64,000 nt of DNA from a virus. Positions 1 through 9,746 of this stretch are shown one piece after another; position 1 is the stretch's first letter, and each line of letters starts with the position of its first letter. The position numbers were made by a program, and so were the translations under genes. Where the stretch lies: the IMG/VR virus record IMGVR_UViG_3300022752_005671, positions 32,001 through 96,000 of that record; one strand, written 5' to 3'. The notes beneath the pieces were generated by a model. It was not told the origin of the DNA. It saw nothing but the letters and a program-made list of their open reading frames with translations, and did not search any database.

Positions 1-1200
1 GTGCGAATCTTGCAATCCTGAAGTCGTTACAACATAATTTTTAAAATCTATCGCAGAGTTCGAACGTTGCGGCGGATAAACAATTATTTTACTGCCAGTG
101 AAATATGCAACAGATTCATCTAAAGACAACCAAATAGGCGTGAAAGTGACAGATCCAGAATAAGCAAGCTCTTTATATAAAGTTTGATTTGTTTGCTGGA
201 TTGTGAAAGAAGCTGAGTATAATCCCGTAGAATAATTTAATCCATCTGAGTGTTGAGATCCAGTAAATATTAAAGAATAATTTCCATTTCCTGAGACAGC
301 TGTAACCAATTTTAATAGTAAGCTATTGGATCCAGTTATAGACGTCGCGCTTGATCCGCTTGTTATATTCGCCAATTCACCATGAGAATAATTTCTTAAA
401 AATATTGTTGAGTTTTGATCAAAACGAAGATTTTGAGTATCATCTTGTATTGAATCGTCGTATTTTATAATCAACCTTGGATGTTTTGTAACATCATATG
501 CAGCTCTACTTGAAAACCTTTTTACGAAGTAAGAATATTGATCTTGCTCTTGAGAAGATTTTAATGATAATCTGAATCCGCTATCTGGTAATACTCCTGC
601 TAACGTTGCAGAAACTATTTTTGTTACGTTTACGATCAAGTCTTCTTCGCCTGTCGTGAAATGTTGAGTGGCTTCTAGGTTTGATCCTCCAAGCAACGCA
701 GAAGAAGTGATATAATCACAAATTTCTTCTGCGCCGCCGCCTTTTCCAGATCCTGATAATTCCCAAGCGCTCAATGATGATGCAGACATGAAATTGCAAA
801 CATCATAATCAGAATAATAAACGACATCTCTTCCTATTCCTTCATCAAAAGATTTTGACAACGGAAATACTGAAACGTCAAAATTTGTTGGAGTCGTTTG
901 ACCTCCATATACGTCAAAAAGTTTCAATGTGCAGTTAAATGTGTTGTGATTAATGTTGATAGAATTAGAAAAAATTAAATCTTTTAATGGCTGTAAGTCA
1001 AAGTGTAATAGTAATCTGCTTAATTCAAGATTTGGAAGCGAAGAATCATTATTAGTAAATGTTGTTCCATACAATTTAAATAAATCTAACGTTCCAGCTG
1101 CTCCGACGTTTGAACCAGTATGAAATGAACCAGAATTAGCGATTTTTAAAAATCTATTTGTTATATAAGCGTCTTTATCTGCTTTTAAAATTTTATACAT
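1..1200 (-). CDS. Probable virion structural protein, truncated by the left window edge
   Basis: Not in the ORF track. Manual translation from ATG at 1200 (MYKILKADKDAYITNRFLK...) stays open for 400 codons to position 1 (...NYVVTTSGLQDSH). It starts 2 nt after the stop of the baseplate wedge gene and is rich in SGS/TGS motifs. Confidence 0.75.
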   Translation of the reverse strand, partial: MYKILKADKDAYITNRFLKIANSGSFHTGSNVGAAGTLDLFKLYGTTFTNNDSSLPNLELSRLLLHFDLQPLKDLIFSNSININHNTFNCTLKLFDVYGGQTTPTNFDVSVFPLSKSFDEGIGRDVVYYSDYDVCNFMSASSLSAWELSGSGKGGGAEEICDYITSSALLGGSNLEATQHFTTGEEDLIVNVTKIVSATLAGVLPDSGFRLSLKSSQEQDQYSYFVKRFSSRAAYDVTKHPRLIIKYDDSIQDDTQNLRFDQNSTIFLRNYSHGELANITSGSSATSITGSNSLLLKLVTAVSGNGNYSLIFTGSQHSDGLNYSTGLYSASFTIQQTNQTLYKELAYSGSVTFTPIWLSLDESVAYFTGSKIIVYPPQRSNSAIDFKNYVVTTSGLQDSH

Positions 1201-1201
1201 A

Positions 1202-3037
1202 TCAGAAAGCAGTCCTTCCTATAATGTCAAATTCTGGATATTTAAATTCAAATATTCCGCCTGCTGGAGGATATAAAATTCCTCTTCTTGTGTTATTTTT
1301 AATGTCTAGGCTAACGTCACTATACATTCTTCCATTAACTTTTCCAGACATATTTCTAAACTCTATTTTATTTACAGATATGACTCCTTGAGCCGCGTAA
1401 ATTAAACTTTGTATTTCAGATAAGACAATGGGTTGATCAATATAAAATCTTGTAGTTTGGAATTGAGTTACTAAAGAATTAATAATAGTTTGCAAGACTA
1501 TTTGTTGGTTTAACGAAGGATCGATAACTACGTCAAATTGAAATGACAAATTAACTATTTTTGAATCTAAAATGTCTATCGCGTCTGTTATTAAACGATA
1601 CGGAGCTAAATATTTTCTTATATTTTCTTTTAGCGTATCTGGTGCATGAATTAGTCTAGATGAAGAATTTCTACAAATCAAGAACAATTGCGTCGATAAG
1701 GGATTATCTGGATTTGGTCTTACTGCTACCCTAAATGGCCGTCCGAAGTTTGATGGAATCGAATAAACTCTTGAAAGTAAATCTTCTCTTGTAACTATTC
1801 TTTCTTGAGAATTTCTTATTGACGGTATCAAAGCTTTTAATTCATTTACAGAAAGTGCGTCTTCACCTCCAGCAGCAGATGTTGAGTTGTCACAAGCAAA
1901 ACTTTTTCTTACAAAATTTATTGTTTCAACATTGGGATTTAATGGAAACTCTAACGTTAATCTAGTCACTGTTGTTAAAGAATTAGGAGGAATATTGTGA
2001 CGTAATCCCCCGCCATGTCTATATGTGACGCTTAAAACAGAGTTAGGAGCATAAATTCCTAAAGTTTTTGAATTTAATAATCTAAGGGGATTTACTGATA
2101 CTCTCGAAAATGTTTTTGAGTAAGGAAATGAAATTGCAAAGTCTGAAGGGTCCGGCACTGCATCGTCATCTATGCTCGTATCATCTCCTCCTCCTAAAAT
2201 TATTCTTGTAGAACGTGTTGCAAGATCAACAGACGTAATAAATCTATACGCAGCAGGAACGACCTTTAATGCATCAGATACTTCATTTGAGTCATCTGCC
2301 GTATTAAGAACATTTCTATAAACAACATCATCAGTTAACGATGTAACTTCATAATATGAATTTCCGAAATTATCATCTACTGATAAAACATCTGTAACAT
2401 TAGGCTGCGATAATGAAATCGATTTGAAAGGAACGAACGCTCCTAAATTAAATTTTTCAGTAACTTGCATACCAGAGATGCATAATCCATTTCTGGCCAT
2501 CGTGAAAGTATTTGGAGAACCATTTTGATTTATTTTTCCAACTTTTATTTCTGCAACATAATTTCCAGATGCATCTTTTAAAGCAAAATCTACATCTGCT
2601 AATAACATAAAATCTATCCCGGTTATTGAAGTAAAAACAGAATTTGCTTTTACGATTGGAAGAGAACCAGGACTAGGAATATACTGGTTGTTTGATAATA
2701 TCGCTGGAACTTCTATAAAAAAAGTTGCTTCTACAGTTGCTGGTGATGCGCCTGATATAGGGACGCCGGCAGATCTTATTAATCTCTCAATGTTGTCTGT
2801 TTCAATAGCAGTGTCTGGGTCTAGTTCGTTATACTGATGATCCATATAGAAAGACATTACGTCTCCCGTATATGCCGCCATATCTAGTAACAATCCGCCT
2901 AAAGAAGCTTCTGAAAAATCTTGAATTTTATCAGGATAGTATAATCTCGCGTATTGTACTAAATTTGCGCGCAATGCATCGAAATCTTTTGCAAGATAGC
3001 TTCTATTTCTAAACTGTTTTAATGCTGCTTTTGACAT
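1202..3037 (-). CDS. Baseplate wedge subunit (T4 gp6 / baseplate J-like)
   Basis: N-terminal KDFDALRANLVQYARLYYPDKIQDFSEASLGGLLLDMAAYTGDVMSFYMD and C-terminal AAGGEDALS...QERIVTREDL are typical of gp6-like proteins. Adjacent to a gp25-like gene. Confidence 0.85.
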   Translation of the reverse strand: MSKAALKQFRNRSYLAKDFDALRANLVQYARLYYPDKIQDFSEASLGGLLLDMAAYTGDVMSFYMDHQYNELDPDTAIETDNIERLIRSAGVPISGASPATVEATFFIEVPAILSNNQYIPSPGSLPIVKANSVFTSITGIDFMLLADVDFALKDASGNYVAEIKVGKINQNGSPNTFTMARNGLCISGMQVTEKFNLGAFVPFKSISLSQPNVTDVLSVDDNFGNSYYEVTSLTDDVVYRNVLNTADDSNEVSDALKVVPAAYRFITSVDLATRSTRIILGGGDDTSIDDDAVPDPSDFAISFPYSKTFSRVSVNPLRLLNSKTLGIYAPNSVLSVTYRHGGGLRHNIPPNSLTTVTRLTLEFPLNPNVETINFVRKSFACDNSTSAAGGEDALSVNELKALIPSIRNSQERIVTREDLLSRVYSIPSNFGRPFRVAVRPNPDNPLSTQLFLICRNSSSRLIHAPDTLKENIRKYLAPYRLITDAIDILDSKIVNLSFQFDVVIDPSLNQQIVLQTIINSLVTQFQTTRFYIDQPIVLSEIQSLIYAAQGVISVNKIEFRNMSGKVNGRMYSDVSLDIKNNTRRGILYPPAGGIFEFKYPEFDIIGRTAF

Positions 3038-3047
3038 TTTTTAATCT

Positions 3048-3512
3048 TTATGTGACGTACATTGATATTTCAAGAGCTTTTTCTCTTATTGCCGCAGATG
3101 GAACGTCATAAGTTATTTTTATTTTTACAATACCTACTTCTTCATTTTCTTGTCTATCAATAGAAGATGAAAAATTTTTCAAACTTACGAAAGGCATCCA
3201 TTTTGAAACAGAATTTCTTATTCTTGCAATCGCTTCTTCATCAAATGAGTCAATGTTCGTAAATTCAGAAGTTAATTCCTTTAGATTTGCTCCAAATTCA
3301 TAAAATCCTAATCTATCACCCCAGTTTGTTAGAAGTAAATTTTTTAAATTATCTTGAATTTGATCGCCTAGATCATAATGCATCGCAAAGATGTTTTTAT
3401 CATCTAATCTTAAAGGAGTTTTAATTCCAATAGGCAGTTGAAATGGAGGTATAAGCTCTTCTTGAATAGTAGAAGCAGTTTTTCCTACACTTTTAAACTT
3501 ATAAACAGACAT
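3048..3512 (-). CDS. Baseplate wedge protein, gp25/GpW-like
   Basis: QIQDNLKNLLLTNWGDRLGFYEFGANL...IRNSVSKWMPFV matches the gp25 pattern (LLLTxxGER...FG...I..W.P.V). 154 aa. Confidence 0.85.
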   Translation of the reverse strand: MSVYKFKSVGKTASTIQEELIPPFQLPIGIKTPLRLDDKNIFAMHYDLGDQIQDNLKNLLLTNWGDRLGFYEFGANLKELTSEFTNIDSFDEEAIARIRNSVSKWMPFVSLKNFSSSIDRQENEEVGIVKIKITYDVPSAAIREKALEISMYVT

Positions 3513-3583
3513 GGTATCATCGGTAAATATAACATGAATGTTTCTTCATGACCGTAAATTAATATGTATGAATTTTTTGTTGG

Positions 3584-6583
3584 TCAGCTTCCGTTGGCGG
3601 GCGCAGGACTTTTCGGTGTAGCATATTTGCCTGTACCAGTTGCTTTTTCGTATGCGTCTTGTTCCTTAGGGGTGCGCTTTATTTTTCCATCATTAAAAAC
3701 TTTAAAAGCAAAGTTTTTTCTTATTGAAGGAATGTTTAAATAAACTCTAAATACATCGTTTACTATCGTTTCATCGATATACTTTTTAAGCAAATCAGAA
3801 AAAGGACTTTTGTTTTCTGCATAATTACAAAAGTTGTTCGTTTTAAAAATCCCTATAATTCTTCTTGATCCTGGATGCAGCCCTACACTCGTTCCAGACT
3901 TAATCGTTTGTATATTTTTTTCTGGTTTTGTTCTTGATAATACCGTACAACCCAAAAAGAATCCTACACCATATTCGTTATTTAAAAATGTATCGCTTGC
4001 TTTATAAAACTTCATGTCGTCGTCGTTATGAGATATTGTTCCAGCATAACCTAGATCATTGTTTGACTTTACTATCGCTGTAGGAGAGGGAGTTTCAATG
4101 TCTCCTTGTATTCTAAATTTACCTTTTTCTACGTCCCAACCAATTAGTTTTTCTCCGGTGTCAAATGCGTTTATTATAGCATTCTTTGTACCTTCGTCAA
4201 TTTTACCGTTAAATTTAAAGTTCTTTGCATCGCCACGCGGAGGGTTTTCTGCTGCGGCAGTAAGAAGCGCGACGAGCTGGTCCCTATTCTGAATAACATA
4301 CTTTTGCGGTACCATTTCCATGTTATGATCATCTAAAGAGCCGCCTTCAACCCCACGTATAGGATTTTCTAATTTAAATGAGTTAGGTTTTTTATTTTCG
4401 CTAACTTTAAATCCTGCAGGTCGTTTTGACTCTACCAATAAAATGTGTTCACCTCCTGGTTCCCAATCTATTATTTTCGCCGTCTTTTTTTCTTTAACTT
4501 TAATCACTAAAATTGCATCTCCTTGATCAAGAGCAGGAAATAAGTTTTCAGGATCTTTGAGCATTCTCCCGATGTCGAAACCAAAAAAAAAGGCTCGTTC
4601 TTCTTCAGGCTTTAAATACGGTGACAAAAATGTCAAATTTTCCGATGGCATCATTTTTTTTTGCTTACGATCAATTTGAAGAGACCAATCACCTGAAAAT
4701 TGTGTAGTGGCTTCTCCGAATGCATTCTTTTTTTCTTTTTGTTGGGCTGAATTTGCTTGTGTAATTGCTTCATTTATAATTCTATCGTAAATTTGTTTGT
4801 AACGAGTGTTATCGCCGATAAATCCAGCGTTGGTTCCATCACCAAATAATTTTTTTCTAAGATCTCCAACAGTATGCGAAGTTGAACCACCCGGCGGAGA
4901 GGGGAGATTAGGCAATATAATGCCTAAAAGAGTTTCATCTGGTCGTGGGGTCGGCGGGGTCCATTCGCCTTGTTCATTTTTTGTAATTTCAAAAAGATCA
5001 TTTAAAATTGCTCTTTTCCCATCAGGGGGATTTGCTAGATCATATTGATCCCACTTTTCAGACACCCATCTATAATTTCGAATGAATCCTATGTTTTGAA
5101 TCATTTGAATTGCCTGTCCTAGAGGATAAAAATCAAGAAAAAAGTCATTATACGCACCGGCGGCGGCGTAGCATGATCTAACAAGCATTCCACAAGAAGA
5201 TAGTTTTCCTGCAGTTAGTGGATTAGAAACTACTTCAAAAAATCCGGGTGGATAATCTATTGGAGTAGCTTTTAATTTTTCTTCTATTCCTGTTGCTACA
5301 AGCTCTTGATCAGCTTGTTCATTAAAATTTAACGGTTCACCCTGTTCAACTAATCTACCATAAACGTTTAAAGTTTCTGGACGATATCCTGCTAACAAAG
5401 ATTCTTTATAAAATAGACCTTCAAGATATCTTGTTCGGGTGTTACTATTTCCATATGAGCTTCCTTGAGGTCCTGCCGCCAATGATGATCCTCGTTGATA
5501 TGCTTTTTCACCAGGGGTTAACACCTTCGGTTTTGTAACTTTTTTTCTTTTTGGCGCTAGATATTTAAATTCTTGCCTAGGGCTGCTGGTTACTTGCGTT
5601 ATACCGACAGTTGCGCATCCAGGGGCGGAGCCCATTGTACTAGCATATGCTGCAACAAGTTTCATTTCTGCAATTTTTATAGACAACACTGCTTGAGCAG
5701 CTTTTTCTAGATAAGATGTCTCTTTAGGCTTTGGACCAAGCATCCCAGAATCTTTAACTATTTTTGCAACTTCTCCAATCATTTCCCCAGGATTTGAAAT
5801 TTTTGAAAGAAAACTAGGTATTTTTGACACGACGTCAGCCAAAGCTTTTGGTAAATTTTGAACAGCAGAAAATTCTTTTTCTGATAAAGCGGAAAGTTTA
5901 ACTTCAGGAGGCTTCGGAAGGTTTGCAATAGCTTGTTCAGGAGATAAAGAAAAATTAAATTGTGCACTTTGTGATGGGTCTGGAGATGGTAAAGAGAACC
6001 CTGGCGGGGGAGGAGGAGGAGTTATGACCGGAGGAGCAGGAGATGGTGGAGAAGGAGGAGAAACTAATTTTGATAATTCTGTAACAATCGTTACAGGTCC
6101 AGCTGGAGAAAGAAATTTAGCTTTAGTGTTATCATCTCCTGACTCGACCAAATCTCCAATCAGTTTTAAAGGAAGCGCACCTGTGAAATATGAAGCGAAT
6201 CCATCAGGGAAAGTTGGAGATTCTATTTCTGCTTTAAAACCTGCGCCGGCAACTGCTATTGGGTCAGCTAACATCGGCAATAAGCTAAAGTTTGGTTTAA
6301 CGTTTAAGTCTCTAGCTAACTTTTCATATCTTCCTATCCAGTTTTTGTGAAAAGCTGCAAATTTTTGTTTGTCTCTTAAATATGATGGATTGTTCTTAAC
6401 GTTTTTAAATGTTGGATCTGGTTCCAATTTTTCTGGAAATGGTACTTTGGGTTTATCGTCTTCTGGTATGTTTTCAGTTCCGTATTCTAAAACAACCAAA
6501 ACCATGTGAATGAAATTGTTTTTTGCTTGTTCAGTGAGATTCCCATTTGCATCTAAAATTCCTACATCTTGTTGCGCAGACAT
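3584..6583 (-). CDS. 999-aa baseplate-associated protein with a Pro-rich linker and putative NlpC/P60 (papain-like) catalytic motifs
   Basis: Lies between the gp5-like and gp25-like genes. Contains SCGMLVRSCYAAAG, LDQGDAILV and GGEHILLV motifs and an SPPSPPSPAPP...PPPPPP tract. Confidence 0.45.
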   Translation of the reverse strand: MSAQQDVGILDANGNLTEQAKNNFIHMVLVVLEYGTENIPEDDKPKVPFPEKLEPDPTFKNVKNNPSYLRDKQKFAAFHKNWIGRYEKLARDLNVKPNFSLLPMLADPIAVAGAGFKAEIESPTFPDGFASYFTGALPLKLIGDLVESGDDNTKAKFLSPAGPVTIVTELSKLVSPPSPPSPAPPVITPPPPPPGFSLPSPDPSQSAQFNFSLSPEQAIANLPKPPEVKLSALSEKEFSAVQNLPKALADVVSKIPSFLSKISNPGEMIGEVAKIVKDSGMLGPKPKETSYLEKAAQAVLSIKIAEMKLVAAYASTMGSAPGCATVGITQVTSSPRQEFKYLAPKRKKVTKPKVLTPGEKAYQRGSSLAAGPQGSSYGNSNTRTRYLEGLFYKESLLAGYRPETLNVYGRLVEQGEPLNFNEQADQELVATGIEEKLKATPIDYPPGFFEVVSNPLTAGKLSSCGMLVRSCYAAAGAYNDFFLDFYPLGQAIQMIQNIGFIRNYRWVSEKWDQYDLANPPDGKRAILNDLFEITKNEQGEWTPPTPRPDETLLGIILPNLPSPPGGSTSHTVGDLRKKLFGDGTNAGFIGDNTRYKQIYDRIINEAITQANSAQQKEKKNAFGEATTQFSGDWSLQIDRKQKKMMPSENLTFLSPYLKPEEERAFFFGFDIGRMLKDPENLFPALDQGDAILVIKVKEKKTAKIIDWEPGGEHILLVESKRPAGFKVSENKKPNSFKLENPIRGVEGGSLDDHNMEMVPQKYVIQNRDQLVALLTAAAENPPRGDAKNFKFNGKIDEGTKNAIINAFDTGEKLIGWDVEKGKFRIQGDIETPSPTAIVKSNNDLGYAGTISHNDDDMKFYKASDTFLNNEYGVGFFLGCTVLSRTKPEKNIQTIKSGTSVGLHPGSRRIIGIFKTNNFCNYAENKSPFSDLLKKYIDETIVNDVFRVYLNIPSIRKNFAFKVFNDGKIKRTPKEQDAYEKATGTGKYATPKSPAPANGS
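5973..6061 (-). repeat. Low-complexity Ser/Pro-rich coding tract (SPPSPPSPAPPVITPPPPPPGFSLPSPDPS)
   Basis: GGA-rich runs on the plus strand; translation shown in the ORF track. Confidence 0.85.
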
Positions 6584-6590
6584 TCGTCAC

Positions 6591-8267
6591 CTATTTAATT
6601 AAAACCTTGTTAGCGTAAGTTCCTAAATCTAAAGTTTTATCTTGAGGAAGAGCTGGTATATTTCCTGTAGGCGAAGGATTTGATGATCCTGCCATTTGTC
6701 CTCCGTCAGTTGTTAATAAAGGACTTCCAGCAACTCCTCCATTTGAAGTAACGACGGGTTGTGTCGTACAAACTATTCCTCTATTAGCATCTTCTCCGCC
6801 TAATTTTATGTACCCCATATCGGAAGGTTGAAACACTATGTCTCCATTAGATTTAATCGTTATGGATGCCCACTTTTTTGAATCTCGATTTTCAGTTTTG
6901 ATTTTATTGTCGCTTATAAGTTGATCAAAGTTTTCGATATCATCAATTTCATATTCGCCTGTTTGATATGTTACGCTTTCATCTTGATACCCAGTTACTA
7001 ATATTTGAACGTCTGATCTAGCAAAAATTCTAACTTTATCTGATTTGATTATGATTCCAGCATCTCCTTCGGGAGAGTCTTTTATTGCAGGTCGTCTAGA
7101 CTCATTTGATCCTGTTAGTTCAAGCGAAGAATCAATCAACGTGTTTTGGGAAACATAAATTCTGCTTCTGTCATTTATAAAATCAGGATTTCCCTCATCA
7201 GGAAATTCATTATAAGATTTTTTATCTTTTGCTAATTCTTCATTTTGAAGATGATTGATAACTTTTTTTCCACCAGTCTGTGGTCTTTGTCCTCTACCTG
7301 CGACTATGTCTATTGAACCAGCATTTTTCTTTTTTATTTGAGGATTAGAAGGGTTGTTTTTAACTTGAGAAAAGCTTATAGTTTCTGAAATTTCTCCACC
7401 TGCTATTTCTAAAACTTCATTTATAGTTTCATATTCAGCGATATTTCCAGTTCTATCTCTTCCTAAAACGATTAGAGCGTTATTACTTCCTTCTAGGGCT
7501 ATATCTCCAGGTCTTTTTTTAAATCTTGGAACAGATTCATATACTGAAATTCTTCCTGCATCAGATTCTTTAATAATAGTAGAGTATTGATCTTCTCCTC
7601 CTTGTATGTAATAAGTTTGAGGGAAAATGAAAGATACTTCTTCCTCACCAGGCTCTTTATCAAGATCTGAAACTTCAGTAAAAATTCCATTTTTAAAATG
7701 GTATCTAGGTTTTTTTATCTTTCCTTGATGCTTTGTACCGGCGTCGACATTTTCTTCCGTCGCCAAAAACGTTTTTTCAAATTCTCTCGGCGAATGGACA
7801 TGATTTACATCATCGATATGTCCTGGTCCAACGATTGAACACACCCAATATCCTAGATTTTGTCTTTGTGTTAAAGATTCAAACATTACCCATACGTGCT
7901 CTCCTGATTTACAGGGCATAGACAATGAAGAAGGAAACATGGGAAATAAAAACATCAAATTGATGTTTGCATCTGTTTCATTTCCTTGTCTTGAGCTGTA
8001 TATGGGTCTAGCTAATATTGAATTTCTTGGTAATGTCGTTTTTATAGCGTGCTGTACATTTAAAATTTTTCCGTGAATTGTTTGTAACTGGGCAATTTTG
8101 TTTTCGTCTATAATTGATGGATCAAATATTGTTTCTAAAACAACCCATCTTTGGAAAACAGGAGGTAGATTTAAATTATTCTTTTTTAAAGAATTGTAGA
8201 TAGAATCTAAGTAGTTATCTCTATTAAAGTATCCTTCTGCAATTCTTGTAGATTCTGAAGTTGTCAT
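6591..8267 (-). CDS. Baseplate hub/spike protein (gp5/VgrG-like, no lysozyme domain recognised)
   Basis: OB-fold-like PCKSGEHVWVMFE...GYWVCSI, followed by RPGDIALEGSNNALIVLGRD and beta-rich IIIKSDKVRIFARSDVQI segments. Baseplate context. Confidence 0.65.
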   Translation of the reverse strand: MTTSESTRIAEGYFNRDNYLDSIYNSLKKNNLNLPPVFQRWVVLETIFDPSIIDENKIAQLQTIHGKILNVQHAIKTTLPRNSILARPIYSSRQGNETDANINLMFLFPMFPSSLSMPCKSGEHVWVMFESLTQRQNLGYWVCSIVGPGHIDDVNHVHSPREFEKTFLATEENVDAGTKHQGKIKKPRYHFKNGIFTEVSDLDKEPGEEEVSFIFPQTYYIQGGEDQYSTIIKESDAGRISVYESVPRFKKRPGDIALEGSNNALIVLGRDRTGNIAEYETINEVLEIAGGEISETISFSQVKNNPSNPQIKKKNAGSIDIVAGRGQRPQTGGKKVINHLQNEELAKDKKSYNEFPDEGNPDFINDRSRIYVSQNTLIDSSLELTGSNESRRPAIKDSPEGDAGIIIKSDKVRIFARSDVQILVTGYQDESVTYQTGEYEIDDIENFDQLISDNKIKTENRDSKKWASITIKSNGDIVFQPSDMGYIKLGGEDANRGIVCTTQPVVTSNGGVAGSPLLTTDGGQMAGSSNPSPTGNIPALPQDKTLDLGTYANKVLIK

Positions 8268-8268
8268 G

Positions 8269-8652
8269 TTAATTCTTGATCTTGTCGAATAAATCCTCTG
8301 GATTTATTGATTCAGCAGCTATTTCTGCTCTAGCAACTAACTCTGCAAGTTTGATCAATTGATCGTTCGCTTTACTCATTCTTTCGATATAAGATGAAAT
8401 TGCTCTACCATGAACAGCATGTTCTGTGCTCTTATCTTGAACTATCATTACTAATTTTGTGAACATTATGTAAGCATTTTGACGATCACAAATTGCATTT
8501 TCATAAATTTCTTTCCATAATTGTTTCTTTTTATCGTTGATAGATTCAATTTGATTTAAAAGACCGCTAAAGTCCTTTATTCTTTCCTTTATGCTTCTAT
8601 CAGATACTTCAACAAGTTCTAGTTGCGCGATGTCTGAATCTGTGTCTGACAT
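8269..8652 (-). CDS. Hypothetical helical protein
   Basis: 127-aa ORF with an upstream GAGGA Shine-Dalgarno; directly downstream of the sigma factor gene. Confidence 0.7.
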   Translation of the reverse strand: MSDTDSDIAQLELVEVSDRSIKERIKDFSGLLNQIESINDKKKQLWKEIYENAICDRQNAYIMFTKLVMIVQDKSTEHAVHGRAISSYIERMSKANDQLIKLAELVARAEIAAESINPEDLFDKIKN

Positions 8653-8688
8653 GTTATTAGTTCCTCACACTTTATCTTTAAAAATTAT

Positions 8689-9438
8689 TTAATAACTAGA
8701 ATTTTGTTCCACTTTCAACTTATTATAATGTTTTTTAACAGCCTGCATGGATGTAGTTAATTGTTTTGGACTTAATCCTGATAGTTCTCTTATGTAGAGA
8801 AGAATTGCGCTTTTATTTAGAATGTCAATGTCATTAATATTTTCAAAAATTGTTATGACGGAATTGATGCATAAAAGTTCATTTTCAACTTTAACTCTAG
8901 AACGTATTTCGTACATCATCTTCAATATTCCAGCAACATTCTCTGCGTTTTCTAGAAAAAAATCTTGAGAAGGTACTGTTCTTTTTTCTTCTACAATTTG
9001 AATTTCAGAATTGCTTAATCCTTTTGGATCGTCTATGCTAACGTCTCTACGTCCTCTTTGAACTTTTTGCTTCGTTTTTATTATTAACCAATTCTTAGCT
9101 ACAACGTTGAAATAAGAAAATGCGTTTGTTCCCATGTCAGGATTAAATTTGTGAATTGTTTCGAACAAGAAATTAACACAATCATTTTTCAAATCTTCAT
9201 AAGTGTCATGAAGTCCGCTAAACTTATGGATATTGATTAAGTTTTCAACTAACTTTTCAAATGCTGGCAATATCTTACCAACATAAAGTTTTTCTCTAAC
9301 TTTGCGATCCAAAGATTTTTGAAACTCTACAATTGCATCTTGAGTTTCATTGGTAAAATAAAATTTAGGATTTTGCGGATCTGATTTTATTTCTTCATTT
9401 TTAGCTTTTCTTCTTGTTCTTTTTACTTTTTCTGTCAC
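8689..9438 (-). CDS. Phage sigma factor, T4 gp55-like (late transcription)
   Basis: YFTNETQDAI...KFSGLHDTYEDLKNDCVNFLFETIHKFNPDMGTNAFSYFNVVAKNWLI parallels sigma region 2 of gp55 (NF.GY...EMI.D......I.NFD......AY.T....N). Confidence 0.75.
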   Translation of the reverse strand: MTEKVKRTRRKAKNEEIKSDPQNPKFYFTNETQDAIVEFQKSLDRKVREKLYVGKILPAFEKLVENLINIHKFSGLHDTYEDLKNDCVNFLFETIHKFNPDMGTNAFSYFNVVAKNWLIIKTKQKVQRGRRDVSIDDPKGLSNSEIQIVEEKRTVPSQDFFLENAENVAGILKMMYEIRSRVKVENELLCINSVITIFENINDIDILNKSAILLYIRELSGLSPKQLTTSMQAVKKHYNKLKVEQNSSY

Positions 9439-9443
9439 AACTG

Positions 9444-9746
9444 TTATTTCCTATCTTTTTCTTCTTGTTTTCCAAATGGAATTACAATTTTATTTGCAAT
9501 TAATAGCATAGCTTCTCTAGCATTTTTTACATCTTTTATCATCATTGTAACTACAGGATCATCAAATAAAACTGGTGATTTTAAATGTTTTGATACATCT
9601 TGATAAGATTCATCAATCATATCTAAAGACTCTTCGACTTGAGCTCCAATTTCATCAATTTTCTCCATTAACTTTAATGATTTTTTCGTCATTATAAACA
9701 AAGCGAATAAAGAAATGATGTTCGTTATTGTTAAAATGTATATCAT
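9444..9746 (-). CDS. Hypothetical protein with an N-terminal membrane anchor
   Basis: Hydrophobic MIYILTITNIISLFALFIM followed by a coiled-coil-like region. Confidence 0.6.
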   Translation of the reverse strand: MIYILTITNIISLFALFIMTKKSLKLMEKIDEIGAQVEESLDMIDESYQDVSKHLKSPVLFDDPVVTMMIKDVKNAREAMLLIANKIVIPFGKQEEKDRK

